Source: Naegleria gruberi
Taxonomy: Eukaryota
Reading direction: 5' to 3' (one strand)
Assembly (NCBI GenBank): GCA_000004985.1
Contig: GG738932.1
Length of the DNA stretch: 64,000 bases
Position 1 is the first letter of the stretch, and each line of letters begins with the position of its first letter. Both the position numbers and the translations under genes were made by a program. Positions 1-12,000 of the stretch are shown here, piece after piece. The notes under the pieces are model-generated. The model was not told the DNA's origin, made no database searches, and was given only the letters and a program-made list of their open reading frames with translations.

Positions 1-3000
1 NNNNNNNNNNNNNNNNNNNNNNNNNNNNNNNNNNNNNNNNNNNNNNNNNNNNNNNNNNNNNNNNNNNNNNNNNNNNNNNNNNNNNNNNNNNNNNNNNNNN
101 NNNNNNNNNNNNNNNNNNNNNNNNNNNNNNNNNNNNNNNNNNNNNNNNNNNNNNNNNNNNNNNNNNNNNNNNNNNNNNNNNNNNNNNNNNNNNNNNNNNN
201 NNNNNNNNNNNNNNNNNNNNNNNNNNNNNNNNNNNNNNNNNNNNNNNNNNNNNNNNNNNNNNNNNNNNNNNNNNNNNNNNNNNNNNNNNNNNNNNNNNNN
301 NNNNNNNNNNNNNNNNNNNNNNNNNNNNNNNNNNNNNNNNNNNNNNNNNNNNNNNNNNNNNNNNNNNNNNNNNNNNNNNNNNNNNNNNNNNNNNNNNNNN
401 NNNNNNNNNNNNNNNNNNNNNNNNNNNNNNNNNNNNNNNNNNNNNNNNNNNNNNNNNNNNNNNNNNNNNNNNNNNNNNNNNNNNNNNNNNNNNNNNNNNN
501 NNNNNNNNNNNNNNNNNNNNNNNNNNNNNNNNNNNNNNNNNNNNNNNNNNNNNNNNNNNNNNNNNNNNNNNNNNNNNNNNNNNNNNNNNNNNNNNNNNNN
601 NNNNNNNNNNNNNNNNNNNNNNNNNNNNNNNNNNNNNNNNNNNNNNNNNNNNNNNNNNNNNNNNNNNNNNNNNNNNNNNNNNNNNNNNNNNNNNNNNNNN
701 NNNNNNNNNNNNNNNNNNNNNNNNNNNNNNNNNNNNNNNNNNNNNNNNNNNNNNNNNNNNNNNNNNNNNNNNNNNNNNNNNNNNNNNNNNNNNNNNNNNN
801 NNNNNNNNNNNNNNNNNNNNNNNNNNNNNNNNNNNNNNNNNNNNNNNNNNNNNNNNNNNNNNNNNNNNNNNNNNNNNNNNNNNNNNNNNNNNNNNNNNNN
901 NNNNNNNNNNNNNNNNNNNNNNNNNNNNNNNNNNNNNNNNNNNNNNNNNNNNNNNNNNNNNNNNNNNNNNNNNNNNNNNNNNNNNNNNNNNNNNNNNNNN
1001 NNNNNNNNNNNNNNNNNNNNNNNNNNNNNNNNNNNNNNNNNNNNNNNNNNNNNNNNNNNNNNNNNNNNNNNNNNNNNNNNNNNNNNNNNNNNNNNNNNNN
1101 NNNNNNNNNNNNNNNNNNNNNNNNNNNNNNNNNNNNNNNNNNNNNNNNNNNNNNNNNNNNNNNNNNNNNNNNNNNNNNNNNNNNNNNNNNNNNNNNNNNN
1201 NNNNNNNNNNNNNNNNNNNNNNNNNNNNNNNNNNNNNNNNNNNNNNNNNNNNNNNNNNNNNNNNNNNNNNNNNNNNNNNNNNNNNNNNNNNNNNNNNNNN
1301 NNNNNNNNNNNNNNNNNNNNNNNNNNNNNNNNNNNNNNNNNNNNNNNNNNNNNNNNNNNNNNNNNNNNNNNNNNNNNNNNNNNNNNNNNNNNNNNNNNNN
1401 NNNNNNNNNNNNNNNNNNNNNNNNNNNNNNNNNNNNNNNNNNNNNNNNNNNNNNNNNNNNNNNNNNNNNNNNNNNNNNNNNNNNNNNNNNNNNNNNNNNN
1501 NNNNNNNNNNNNNNNNNNNNNNNNNNNNNNNNNNNNNNNNNNNNNNNNNNNNNNNNNNNNNNNNNNNNNNNNNNNNNNNNNNNNNNNNNNNNNNNNNNNN
1601 NNNNNNNNNNNNNNNNNNNNNNNNNNNNNNNNNNNNNNNNNNNNNNNNNNNNNNNNNNNNNNNNNNNNNNNNNNNNNNNNNNNNNNNNNNNNNNNNNNNN
1701 NNNNNNNNNNNNNNNNNNNNNNNNNNNNNNNNNNNNNNNNNNNNNNNNNNNNNNNNNNNNNNNNNNNNNNNNNNNNNNNNNNNNNNNNNNNNNNNNNNNN
1801 NNNNNNNNNNNNNNNNNNNNNNNNNNNNNNNNNNNNNNNNNNNNNNNNNNNNNNNNNNNNNNNNNNNNNNNNNNNNNNNNNNNNNNNNNNNNNNNNNNNN
1901 NNNNNNNNNNNNNNNNNNNNNNNNNNNNNNNNNNNNNNNNNNNNNNNNNNNNNNNNNNNNNNNNNNNNNNNNNNNNNNNNNNNNNNNNNNNNNNNNNNNN
2001 NNNNNNNNNNNNNNNNNNNNNNNNNNNNNNNNNNNNNNNNNNNNNNNNNNNNNNNNNNNNNNNNNNNNNNNNNNNNNNNNNNNNNNNNNNNNNNNNNNNN
2101 NNNNNNNNNNNNNNNNNNNNNNNNNNNNNNNNNNNNNNNNNNNNNNNNNNNNNNNNNNNNNNNNNNNNNNNNNNNNNNNNNNNNNNNNNNNNNNNNNNNN
2201 NNNNNNNNNNNNNNNNNNNNNNNNNNNNNNNNNNNNNNNNNNNNNNNNNNNNNNNNNNNNNNNNNNNNNNNNNNNNNNNNNNNNNNNNNNNNNNNNNNNN
2301 NNNNNNNNNNNNNNNNNNNNNNNNNNNNNNNNNNNNNNNNNNNNNNNNNNNNNNNNNNNNNNNNNNNNNNNNNNNNNNNNNNNNNNNNNNNNNNNNNNNN
2401 NNNNNNNNNNNNNNNNNNNNNNNNNNNNNNNNNNNNNNNNNNNNNNNNNNNNNNNNNNNNNNNNNNNNNNNNNNNNNNNNNNNNNNNNNNNNNNNNNNNN
2501 NNNNNNNNNNNNNNNNNNNNNNNNNNNNNNNNNNNNNNNNNNNNNNNNNNNNNNNNNNNNNNNNNNNNNNNNNNNNNNNNNNNNNNNNNNNNNNNNNNNN
2601 NNNNNNNNNNNNNNNNNNNNNNNNNNNNNNNNNNNNNNNNNNNNNNNNNNNNNNNNNNNNNNNNNNNNNNNNNNNNNNNNNNNNNNNNNNNNNNNNNNNN
2701 NNNNNNNNNNNNNNNNNNNNNNNNNNNNNNNNNNNNNNNNNNNNNNNNNNNNNNNNNNNNNNNNNNNNNNNNNNNNNNNNNNNNNNNNNNNNNNNNNNNN
2801 NNNNNNNNNNNNNNNNNNNNNNNNNNNNNNNNNNNNNNNNNNNNNNNNNNNNNNNNNNNNNNNNNNNNNNNNNNNNNNNNNNNNNNNNNNNNNNNNNNNN
2901 NNNNNNNNNNNNNNNNNNNNNNNNNNNNNNNNNNNNNNNNNNNNNNNNNNNNNNNNNNNNNNNNNNNNNNNNNNNNNNNNNNNNNNNNNNNNNNNNNNNN

Positions 3001-6000
3001 NNNNNNNNNNNNNNNNNNNNNNNNNNNNNNNNNNNNNNNNNNNNNNNNNNNNNNNNNNNNNNNNNNNNNNNNNNNNNNNNNNNNNNNNNNNNNNNNNNNN
3101 NNNNNNNNNNNNNNNNNNNNNNNNNNNNNNNNNNNNNNNNNNNNNNNNNNNNNNNNNNNNNNNNNNNNNNNNNNNNNNNNNNNNNNNNNNNNNNNNNNNN
3201 NNNNNNNNNNNNNNNNNNNNNNNNNNNNNNNNNNNNNNNNNNNNNNNNNNNNNNNNNNNNNNNNNNNNNNNNNNNNNNNNNNNNNNNNNNNNNNNNNNNN
3301 NNNNNNNNNNNNNNNNNNNNNNNNNNNNNNNNNNNNNNNNNNNNNNNNNNNNNNNNNNNNNNNNNNNNNNNNNNNNNNNNNNNNNNNNNNNNNNNNNNNN
3401 NNNNNNNNNNNNNNNNNNNNNNNNNNNNNNNNNNNNNNNNNNNNNNNNNNNNNNNNNNNNNNNNNNNNNNNNNNNNNNNNNNNNNNNNNNNNNNNNNNNN
3501 NNNNNNNNNNNNNNNNNNNNNNNNNNNNNNNNNNNNNNNNNNNNNNNNNNNNNNNNNNNNNNNNNNNNNNNNNNNNNNNNNNNNNNNNNNNNNNNNNNNN
3601 NNNNNNNNNNNNNNNNNNNNNNNNNNNNNNNNNNNNNNNNNNNNNNNNNNNNNNNNNNNNNNNNNNNNNNNNNNNNNNNNNNNNNNNNNNNNNNNNNNNN
3701 NNNNNNNNNNNNNNNNNNNNNNNNNNNNNNNNNNNNNNNNNNNNNNNNNNNNNNNNNNNNNNNNNNNNNNNNNNNNNNNNNNNNNNNNNNNNNNNNNNNN
3801 NNNNNNNNNNNNNNNNNNNNNNNNNNNNNNNNNNNNNNNNNNNNNNNNNNNNNNNNNNNNNNNNNNNNNNNNNNNNNNNNNNNNNNNNNNNNNNNNNNNN
3901 NNNNNNNNNNNNNNNNNNNNNNNNNNNNNNNNNNNNNNNNNNNNNNNNNNNNNNNNNNNNNNNNNNNNNNNNNNNNNNNNNNNNNNNNNNNNNNNNNNNN
4001 NNNNNNNNNNNNNNNNNNNNNNNNNNNNNNNNNNNNNNNNNNNNNNNNNNNNNNNNNNNNNNNNNNNNNNNNNNNNNNNNNNNNNNNNNNNNNNNNNNNN
4101 NNNNNNNNNNNNNNNNNNNNNNNNNNNNNNNNNNNNNNNNNNNNNNNNNNNNNNNNNNNNNNNNNNNNNNNNNNNNNNNNNNNNNNNNNNNNNNNNNNNN
4201 NNNNNNNNNNNNNNNNNNNNNNNNNNNNNNNNNNNNNNNNNNNNNNNNNNNNNNNNNNNNNNNNNNNNNNNNNNNNNNNNNNNNNNNNNNNNNNNNNNNN
4301 NNNNNNNNNNNNNNNNNNNNNNNNNNNNNNNNNNNNNNNNNNNNNNNNNNNNNNNNNNNNNNNNNNNNNNNNNNNNNNNNNNNNNNNNNNNNNNNNNNNN
4401 NNNNNNNNNNNNNNNNNNNNNNNNNNNNNNNNNNNNNNNNNNNNNNNNNNNNNNNNNNNNNNNNNNNNNNNNNNNNNNNNNNNNNNNNNNNNNNNNNNNN
4501 NNNNNNNNNNNNNNNNNNNNNNNNNNNNNNNNNNNNNNNNNNNNNNNNNNNNNNNNNNNNNNNNNNNNNNNNNNNNNNNNNNNNNNNNNNNNNNNNNNNN
4601 NNNNNNNNNNNNNNNNNNNNNNNNNNNNNNNNNNNNNNNNNNNNNNNNNNNNNNNNNNNNNNNNNNNNNNNNNNNNNNNNNNNNNNNNNNNNNNNNNNNN
4701 NNNNNNNNNNNNNNNNNNNNNNNNNNNNNNNNNNNNNNNNNNNNNNNNNNNNNNNNNNNNNNNNNNNNNNNNNNNNNNNNNNNNNNNNNNNNNNNNNNNN
4801 NNNNNNNNNNNNNNNNNNNNNNNNNNNNNNNNNNNNNNNNNNNNNNNNNNNNNNNNNNNNNNNNNNNNNNNNNNNNNNNNNNNNNNNNNNNNNNNNNNNN
4901 NNNNNNNNNNNNNNNNNNNNNNNNNNNNNNNNNNNNNNNNNNNNNNNNNNNNNNNNNNNNNNNNNNNNNNNNNNNNNNNNNNNNNNNNNNNNNNNNNNNN
5001 NNNNNNNNNNNNNNNNNNNNNNNNNNNNNNNNNNNNNNNNNNNNNNNNNNNNNNNNNNNNNNNNNNNNNNNNNNNNNNNNNNNNNNNNNNNNNNNNNNNN
5101 NNNNNNNNNNNNNNNNNNNNNNNNNNNNNNNNNNNNNNNNNNNNNNNNNNNNNNNNNNNNNNNNNNNNNNNNNNNNNNNNNNNNNNNNNNNNNNNNNNNN
5201 NNNNNNNNNNNNNNNNNNNNNNNNNNNNNNNNNNNNNNNNNNNNNNNNNNNNNNNNNNNNNNNNNNNNNNNNNNNNNNNNNNNNNNNNNNNNNNNNNNNN
5301 NNNNNNNNNNNNNNNNNNNNNNNNNNNNNNNNNNNNNNNNNNNNNNNNNNNNNNNNNNNNNNNNNNNNNNNNNNNNNNNNNNNNNNNNNNNNNNNNNNNN
5401 NNNNNNNNNNNNNNNNNNNNNNNNNNNNNNNNNNNNNNNNNNNNNNNNNNNNNNNNNNNNNNNNNNNNNNNNNNNNNNNNNNNNNNNNNNNNNNNNNNNN
5501 NNNNNNNNNNNNNNNNNNNNNNNNNNNNNNNNNNNNNNNNNNNNNNNNNNNNNNNNNNNNNNNNNNNNNNNNNNNNNNNNNNNNNNNNNNNNNNNNNNNN
5601 NNNNNNNNNNNNNNNNNNNNNNNNNNNNNNNNNNNNNNNNNNNNNNNNNNNNNNNNNNNNNNNNNNNNNNNNNNNNNNNNNNNNNNNNNNNNNNNNNNNN
5701 NNNNNNNNNNNNNNNNNNNNNNNNNNNNNNNNNNNNNNNNNNNNNNNNNNNNNNNNNNNNNNNNNNNNNNNNNNNNNNNNNNNNNNNNNNNNNNNNNNNN
5801 NNNNNNNNNNNNNNNNNNNNNNNNNNNNNNNNNNNNNNNNNNNNNNNNNNNNNNNNNNNNNNNNNNNNNNNNNNNNNNNNNNNNNNNNNNNNNNNNNNNN
5901 NNNNNNNNNNNNNNNNNNNNNNNNNNNNNNNNNNNNNNNNNNNNNNNNNNNNNNNNNNNNNNNNNNNNNNNNNNNNNNNNNNNNNNNNNNNNNNNNNNNN

Positions 6001-9000
6001 NNNNNNNNNNNNNNNNNNNNNNNNNNNNNNNNNNNNNNNNNNNNNNNNNNNNNNNNNNNNNNNNNNNNNNNNNNNNNNNNNNNNNNNNNNNNNNNNNNNN
6101 NNNNNNNNNNNNNNNNNNNNNNNNNNNNNNNNNNNNNNNNNNNNNNNNNNNNNNNNNNNNNNNNNNNNNNNNNNNNNNNNNNNNNNNNNNNNNNNNNNNN
6201 NNNNNNNNNNNNNNNNNNNNNNNNNNNNNNNNNNNNNNNNNNNNNNNNNNNNNNNNNNNNNNNNNNNNNNNNNNNNNNNNNNNNNNNNNNNNNNNNNNNN
6301 NNNNNNNNNNNNNNNNNNNNNNNNNNNNNNNNNNNNNNNNNNNNNNNNNNNNNNNNNNNNNNNNNNNNNNNNNNNNNNNNNNNNNNNNNNNNNNNNNNNN
6401 NNNNNNNNNNNNNNNNNNNNNNNNNNNNNNNNNNNNNNNNNNNNNNNNNNNNNNNNNNNNNNNNNNNNNNNNNNNNNNNNNNNNNNNNNNNNNNNNNNNN
6501 NNNNNNNNNNNNNNNNNNNNNNNNNNNNNNNNNNNNNNNNNNNNNNNNNNNNNNNNNNNNNNNNNNNNNNNNNNNNNNNNNNNNNNNNNNNNNNNNNNNN
6601 NNNNNNNNNNNNNNNNNNNNNNNNNNNNNNNNNNNNNNNNNNNNNNNNNNNNNNNNNNNNNNNNNNNNNNNNNNNNNNNNNNNNNNNNNNNNNNNNNNNN
6701 NNNNNNNNNNNNNNNNNNNNNNNNNNNNNNNNNNNNNNNNNNNNNNNNNNNNNNNNNNNNNNNNNNNNNNNNNNNNNNNNNNNNNNNNNNNNNNNNNNNN
6801 NNNNNNNNNNNNNNNNNNNNNNNNNNNNNNNNNNNNNNNNNNNNNNNNNNNNNNNNNNNNNNNNNNNNNNNNNNNNNNNNNNNNNNNNNNNNNNNNNNNN
6901 NNNNNNNNNNNNNNNNNNNNNNNNNNNNNNNNNNNNNNNNNNNNNNNNNNNNNNNNNNNNNNNNNNNNNNNNNNNNNNNNNNNNNNNNNNNNNNNNNNNN
7001 NNNNNNNNNNNNNNNNNNNNNNNNNNNNNNNNNNNNNNNNNNNNNNNNNNNNNNNNNNNNNNNNNNNNNNNNNNNNNNNNNNNNNNNNNNNNNNNNNNNN
7101 NNNNNNNNNNNNNNNNNNNNNNNNNNNNNNNNNNNNNNNNNNNNNNNNNNNNNNNNNNNNNNNNNNNNNNNNNNNNNNNNNNNNNNNNNNNNNNNNNNNN
7201 NNNNNNNNNNNNNNNNNNNNNNNNNNNNNNNNNNNNNNNNNNNNNNNNNNNNNNNNNNNNNNNNNNNNNNNNNNNNNNNNNNNNNNNNNNNNNNNNNNNN
7301 NNNNNNNNNNNNNNNNNNNNNNNNNNNNNNNNNNNNNNNNNNNNNNNNNNNNNNNNNNNNNNNNNNNNNNNNNNNNNNNNNNNNNNNNNNNNNNNNNNNN
7401 NNNNNNNNNNNNNNNNNNNNNNNNNNNNNNNNNNNNNNNNNNNNNNNNNNNNNNNNNNNNNNNNNNNNNNNNNNNNNNNNNNNNNNNNNNNNNNNNNNNN
7501 NNNNNNNNNNNNNNNNNNNNNNNNNNNNNNNNNNNNNNNNNNNNNNNNNNNNNNNNNNNNNNNNNNNNNNNNNNNNNNNNNNNNNNNNNNNNNNNNNNNN
7601 NNNNNNNNNNNNNNNNNNNNNNNNNNNNNNNNNNNNNNNNNNNNNNNNNNNNNNNNNNNNNNNNNNNNNNNNNNNNNNNNNNNNNNNNNNNNNNNNNNNN
7701 NNNNNNNNNNNNNNNNNNNNNNNNNNNNNNNNNNNNNNNNNNNNNNNNNNNNNNNNNNNNNNNNNNNNNNNNNNNNNNNNNNNNNNNNNNNNNNNNNNNN
7801 NNNNNNNNNNNNNNNNNNNNNNNNNNNNNNNNNNNNNNNNNNNNNNNNNNNNNNNNNNNNNNNNNNNNNNNNNNNNNNNNNNNNNNNNNNNNNNNNNNNN
7901 NNNNNNNNNNNNNNNNNNNNNNNNNNNNNNNNNNNNNNNNNNNNNNNNNNNNNNNNNNNNNNNNNNNNNNNNNNNNNNNNNNNNNNNNNNNNNNNNNNNN
8001 NNNNNNNNNNNNNNNNNNNNNNNNNNNNNNNNNNNNNNNNNNNNNNNNNNNNNNNNNNNNNNNNNNNNNNNNNNNNNNNNNNNNNNNNNNNNNNNNNNNN
8101 NNNNNNNNNNNNNNNNNNNNNNNNNNNNNNNNNNNNNNNNNNNNNNNNNNNNNNNNNNNNNNNNNNNNNNNNNNNNNNNNNNNNNNNNNNNNNNNNNNNN
8201 NNNNNNNNNNNNNNNNNNNNNNNNNNNNNNNNNNNNNNNNNNNNNNNNNNNNNNNNNNNNNNNNNNNNNNNNNNNNNNNNNNNNNNNNNNNNNNNNNNNN
8301 NNNNNNNNNNNNNNNNNNNNNNNNNNNNNNNNNNNNNNNNNNNNNNNNNNNNNNNNNNNNNNNNNNNNNNNNNNNNNNNNNNNNNNNNNNNNNNNNNNNN
8401 NNNNNNNNNNNNNNNNNNNNNNNNNNNNNNNNNNNNNNNNNNNNNNNNNNNNNNNNNNNNNNNNNNNNNNNNNNNNNNNNNNNNNNNNNNNNNNNNNNNN
8501 NNNNNNNNNNNNNNNNNNNNNNNNNNNNNNNNNNNNNNNNNNNNNNNNNNNNNNNNNNNNNNNNNNNNNNNNNNNNNNNNNNNNNNNNNNNNNNNNNNNN
8601 NNNNNNNNNNNNNNNNNNNNNNNNNNNNNNNNNNNNNNNNNNNNNNNNNNNNNNNNNNNNNNNNNNNNNNNNNNNNNNNNNNNNNNNNNNNNNNNNNNNN
8701 NNNNNNNNNNNNNNNNNNNNNNNNNNNNNNNNNNNNNNNNNNNNNNNNNNNNNNNNNNNNNNNNNNNNNNNNNNNNNNNNNNNNNNNNNNNNNNNNNNNN
8801 NNNNNNNNNNNNNNNNNNNNNNNNNNNNNNNNNNNNNNNNNNNNNNNNNNNNNNNNNNNNNNNNNNNNNNNNNNNNNNNNNNNNNNNNNNNNNNNNNNNN
8901 NNNNNNNNNNNNNNNNNNNNNNNNNNNNNNNNNNNNNNNNNNNNNNNNNNNNNNNNNNNNNNNNNNNNNNNNNNNNNNNNNNNNNNNNNNNNNNNNNNNN

Positions 9001-12000
9001 NNNNNNNNNNNNNNNNNNNNNNNNNNNNNNNNNNNNNNNNNNNNNNNNNNNNNNNNNNNNNNNNNNNNNNNNNNNNNNNNNNNNNNNNNNNNNNNNNNNN
9101 NNNNNNNNNNNNNNNNNNNNNNNNNNNNNNNNNNNNNNNNNNNNNNNNNNNNNNNNNNNNNNNNNNNNNNNNNNNNNNNNNNNNNNNNNNNNNNNNNNNN
9201 NNNNNNNNNNNNNNNNNNNNNNNNNNNNNNNNNNNNNNNNNNNNNNNNNNNNNNNNNNNNNNNNNNNNNNNNNNNNNNNNNNNNNNNNNNNNNNNNNNNN
9301 NNNNNNNNNNNNNNNNNNNNNNNNNNNNNNNNNNNNNNNNNNNNNNNNNNNNNNNNNNNNNNNNNNNNNNNNNNNNNNNNNNNNNNNNNNNNNNNNNNNN
9401 NNNNNNNNNNNNNNNNNNNNNNNNNNNNNNNNNNNNNNNNNNNNNNNNNNNNNNNNNNNNNNNNNNNNNNNNNNNNNNNNNNNNNNNNNNNNNNNNNNNN
9501 NNNNNNNNNNNNNNNNNNNNNNNNNNNNNNNNNNNNNNNNNNNNNNNNNNNNNNNNNNNNNNNNNNNNNNNNNNNNNNNNNNNNNNNNNNNNNNNNNNNN
9601 NNNNNNNNNNNNNNNNNNNNNNNNNNNNNNNNNNNNNNNNNNNNNNNNNNNNNNNNNNNNNNNNNNNNNNNNNNNNNNNNNNNNNNNNNNNNNNNNNNNN
9701 NNNNNNNNNNNNNNNNNNNNNNNNNNNNNNNNNNNNNNNNNNNNNNNNNNNNNNNNNNNNNNNNNNNNNNNNNNNNNNNNNNNNNNNNNNNNNNNNNNNN
9801 NNNNNNNNNNNNNNNNNNNNNNNNNNNNNNNNNNNNNNNNNNNNNNNNNNNNNNNNNNNNNNNNNNNNNNNNNNNNNNNNNNNNNNNNNNNNNNNNNNNN
9901 NNNNNNNNNNNNNNNNNNNNNNNNNNNNNNNNNNNNNNNNNNNNNNNNNNNNNNNNNNNNNNNNNNNNNNNNNNNNNNNNNNNNNNNNNNNNNNNNNNNN
10001 NNNNNNNNNNNNNNNNNNNNNNNNNNNNNNNNNNNNNNNNNNNNNNNNNNNNNNNNNNNNNNNNNNNNNNNNNNNNNNNNNNNNNNNNNNNNNNNNNNNN
10101 NNNNNNNNNNNNNNNNNNNNNNNNNNNNNNNNNNNNNNNNNNNNNNNNNNNNNNNNNNNNNNNNNNNNNNNNNNNNNNNNNNNNNNNNNNNNNNNNNNNN
10201 NNNNNNNNNNNNNNNNNNNNNNNNNNNNNNNNNNNNNNNNNNNNNNNNNNNNNNNNNNNNNNNNNNNNNNNNNNNNNNNNNNNNNNNNNNNNNNNNNNNN
10301 NNNNNNNNNNNNNNNNNNNNNNNNNNNNNNNNNNNNNNNNNNNNNNNNNNNNNNNNNNNNNNNNNNNNNNNNNNNNNNNNNNNNNNNNNNNNNNNNNNNN
10401 NNNNNNNNNNNNNNNNNNNNNNNNNNNNNNNNNNNNNNNNNNNNNNNNNNNNNNNNNNNNNNNNNNNNNNNNNNNNNNNNNNNNNNNNNNNNNNNNNNNN
10501 NNNNNNNNNNNNNNNNNNNNNNNNNNNNNNNNNNNNNNNNNNNNNNNNNNNNNNNNNNNNNNNNNNNNNNNNNNNNNNNNNNNNNNNNNNNNNNNNNNNN
10601 NNNNNNNNNNNNNNNNNNNNNNNNNNNNNNNNNNNNNNNNNNNNNNNNNNNNNNNNNNNNNNNNNNNNNNNNNNNNNNNNNNNNNNNNNNNNNNNNNNNN
10701 NNNNNNNNNNNNNNNNNNNNNNNNNNNNNNNNNNNNNNNNNNNNNNNNNNNNNNNNNNNNNNNNNNNNNNNNNNNNNNNNNNNNNNNNNNNNNNNNNNNN
10801 NNNNNNNNNNNNNNNNNNNNNNNNNNNNNNNNNNNNNNNNNNNNNNNNNNNNNNNNNNNNNNNNNNNNNNNNNNNNNNNNNNNNNNNNNNNNNNNNNNNN
10901 NNNNNNNNNNNNNNNNNNNNNNNNNNNNNNNNNNNNNNNNNNNNNNNNNNNNNNNNNNNNNNNNNNNNNNNNNNNNNNNNNNNNNNNNNNNNNNNNNNNN
11001 NNNNNNNNNNNNNNNNNNNNNNNNNNNNNNNNNNNNNNNNNNNNNNNNNNNNNNNNNNNNNNNNNNNNNNNNNNNNNNNNNNNNNNNNNNNNNNNNNNNN
11101 NNNNNNNNNNNNNNNNNNNNNNNNNNNNNNNNNNNNNNNNNNNNNNNNNNNNNNNNNNNNNNNNNNNNNNNNNNNNNNNNNNNNNNNNNNNNNNNNNNNN
11201 NNNNNNNNNNNNNNNNNNNNNNNNNNNNNNNNNNNNNNNNNNNNNNNNNNNNNNNNNNNNNNNNNNNNNNNNNNNNNNNNNNNNNNNNNNNNNNNNNNNN
11301 NNNNNNNNNNNNNNNNNNNNNNNNNNNNNNNNNNNNNNNNNNNNNNNNNNNNNNNNNNNNNNNNNNNNNNNNNNNNNNNNNNNNNNNNNNNNNNNNNNNN
11401 NNNNNNNNNNNNNNNNNNNNNNNNNNNNNNNNNNNNNNNNNNNNNNNNNNNNNNNNNNNNNNNNNNNNNNNNNNNNNNNNNNNNNNNNNNNNNNNNNNNN
11501 NNNNNNNNNNNNNNNNNNNNNNNNNNNNNNNNNNNNNNNNNNNNNNNNNNNNNNNNNNNNNNNNNNNNNNNNNNNNNNNNNNNNNNNNNNNNNNNNNNNN
11601 NNNNNNNNNNNNNNNNNNNNNNNNNNNNNNNNNNNNNNNNNNNNNNNNNNNNNNNNNNNNNNNNNNNNNNNNNNNNNNNNNNNNNNNNNNNNNNNNNNNN
11701 NNNNNNNNNNNNNNNNNNNNNNNNNNNNNNNNNNNNNNNNNNNNNNNNNNNNNNNNNNNNNNNNNNNNNNNNNNNNNNNNNNNNNNNNNNNNNNNNNNNN
11801 NNNNNNNNNNNNNNNNNNNNNNNNNNNNNNNNNNNNNNNNNNNNNNNNNNNNNNNNNNNNNNNNNNNNNNNNNNNNNNNNNNNNNNNNNNNNNNNNNNNN
11901 NNNNNNNNNNNNNNNNNNNNNNNNNNNNNNNNNNNNNNNNNNNNNNNNNNNNNNNNNNNNNNNNNNNNNNNNNNNNNNNNNNNNNNNNNNNNNNNNNNNN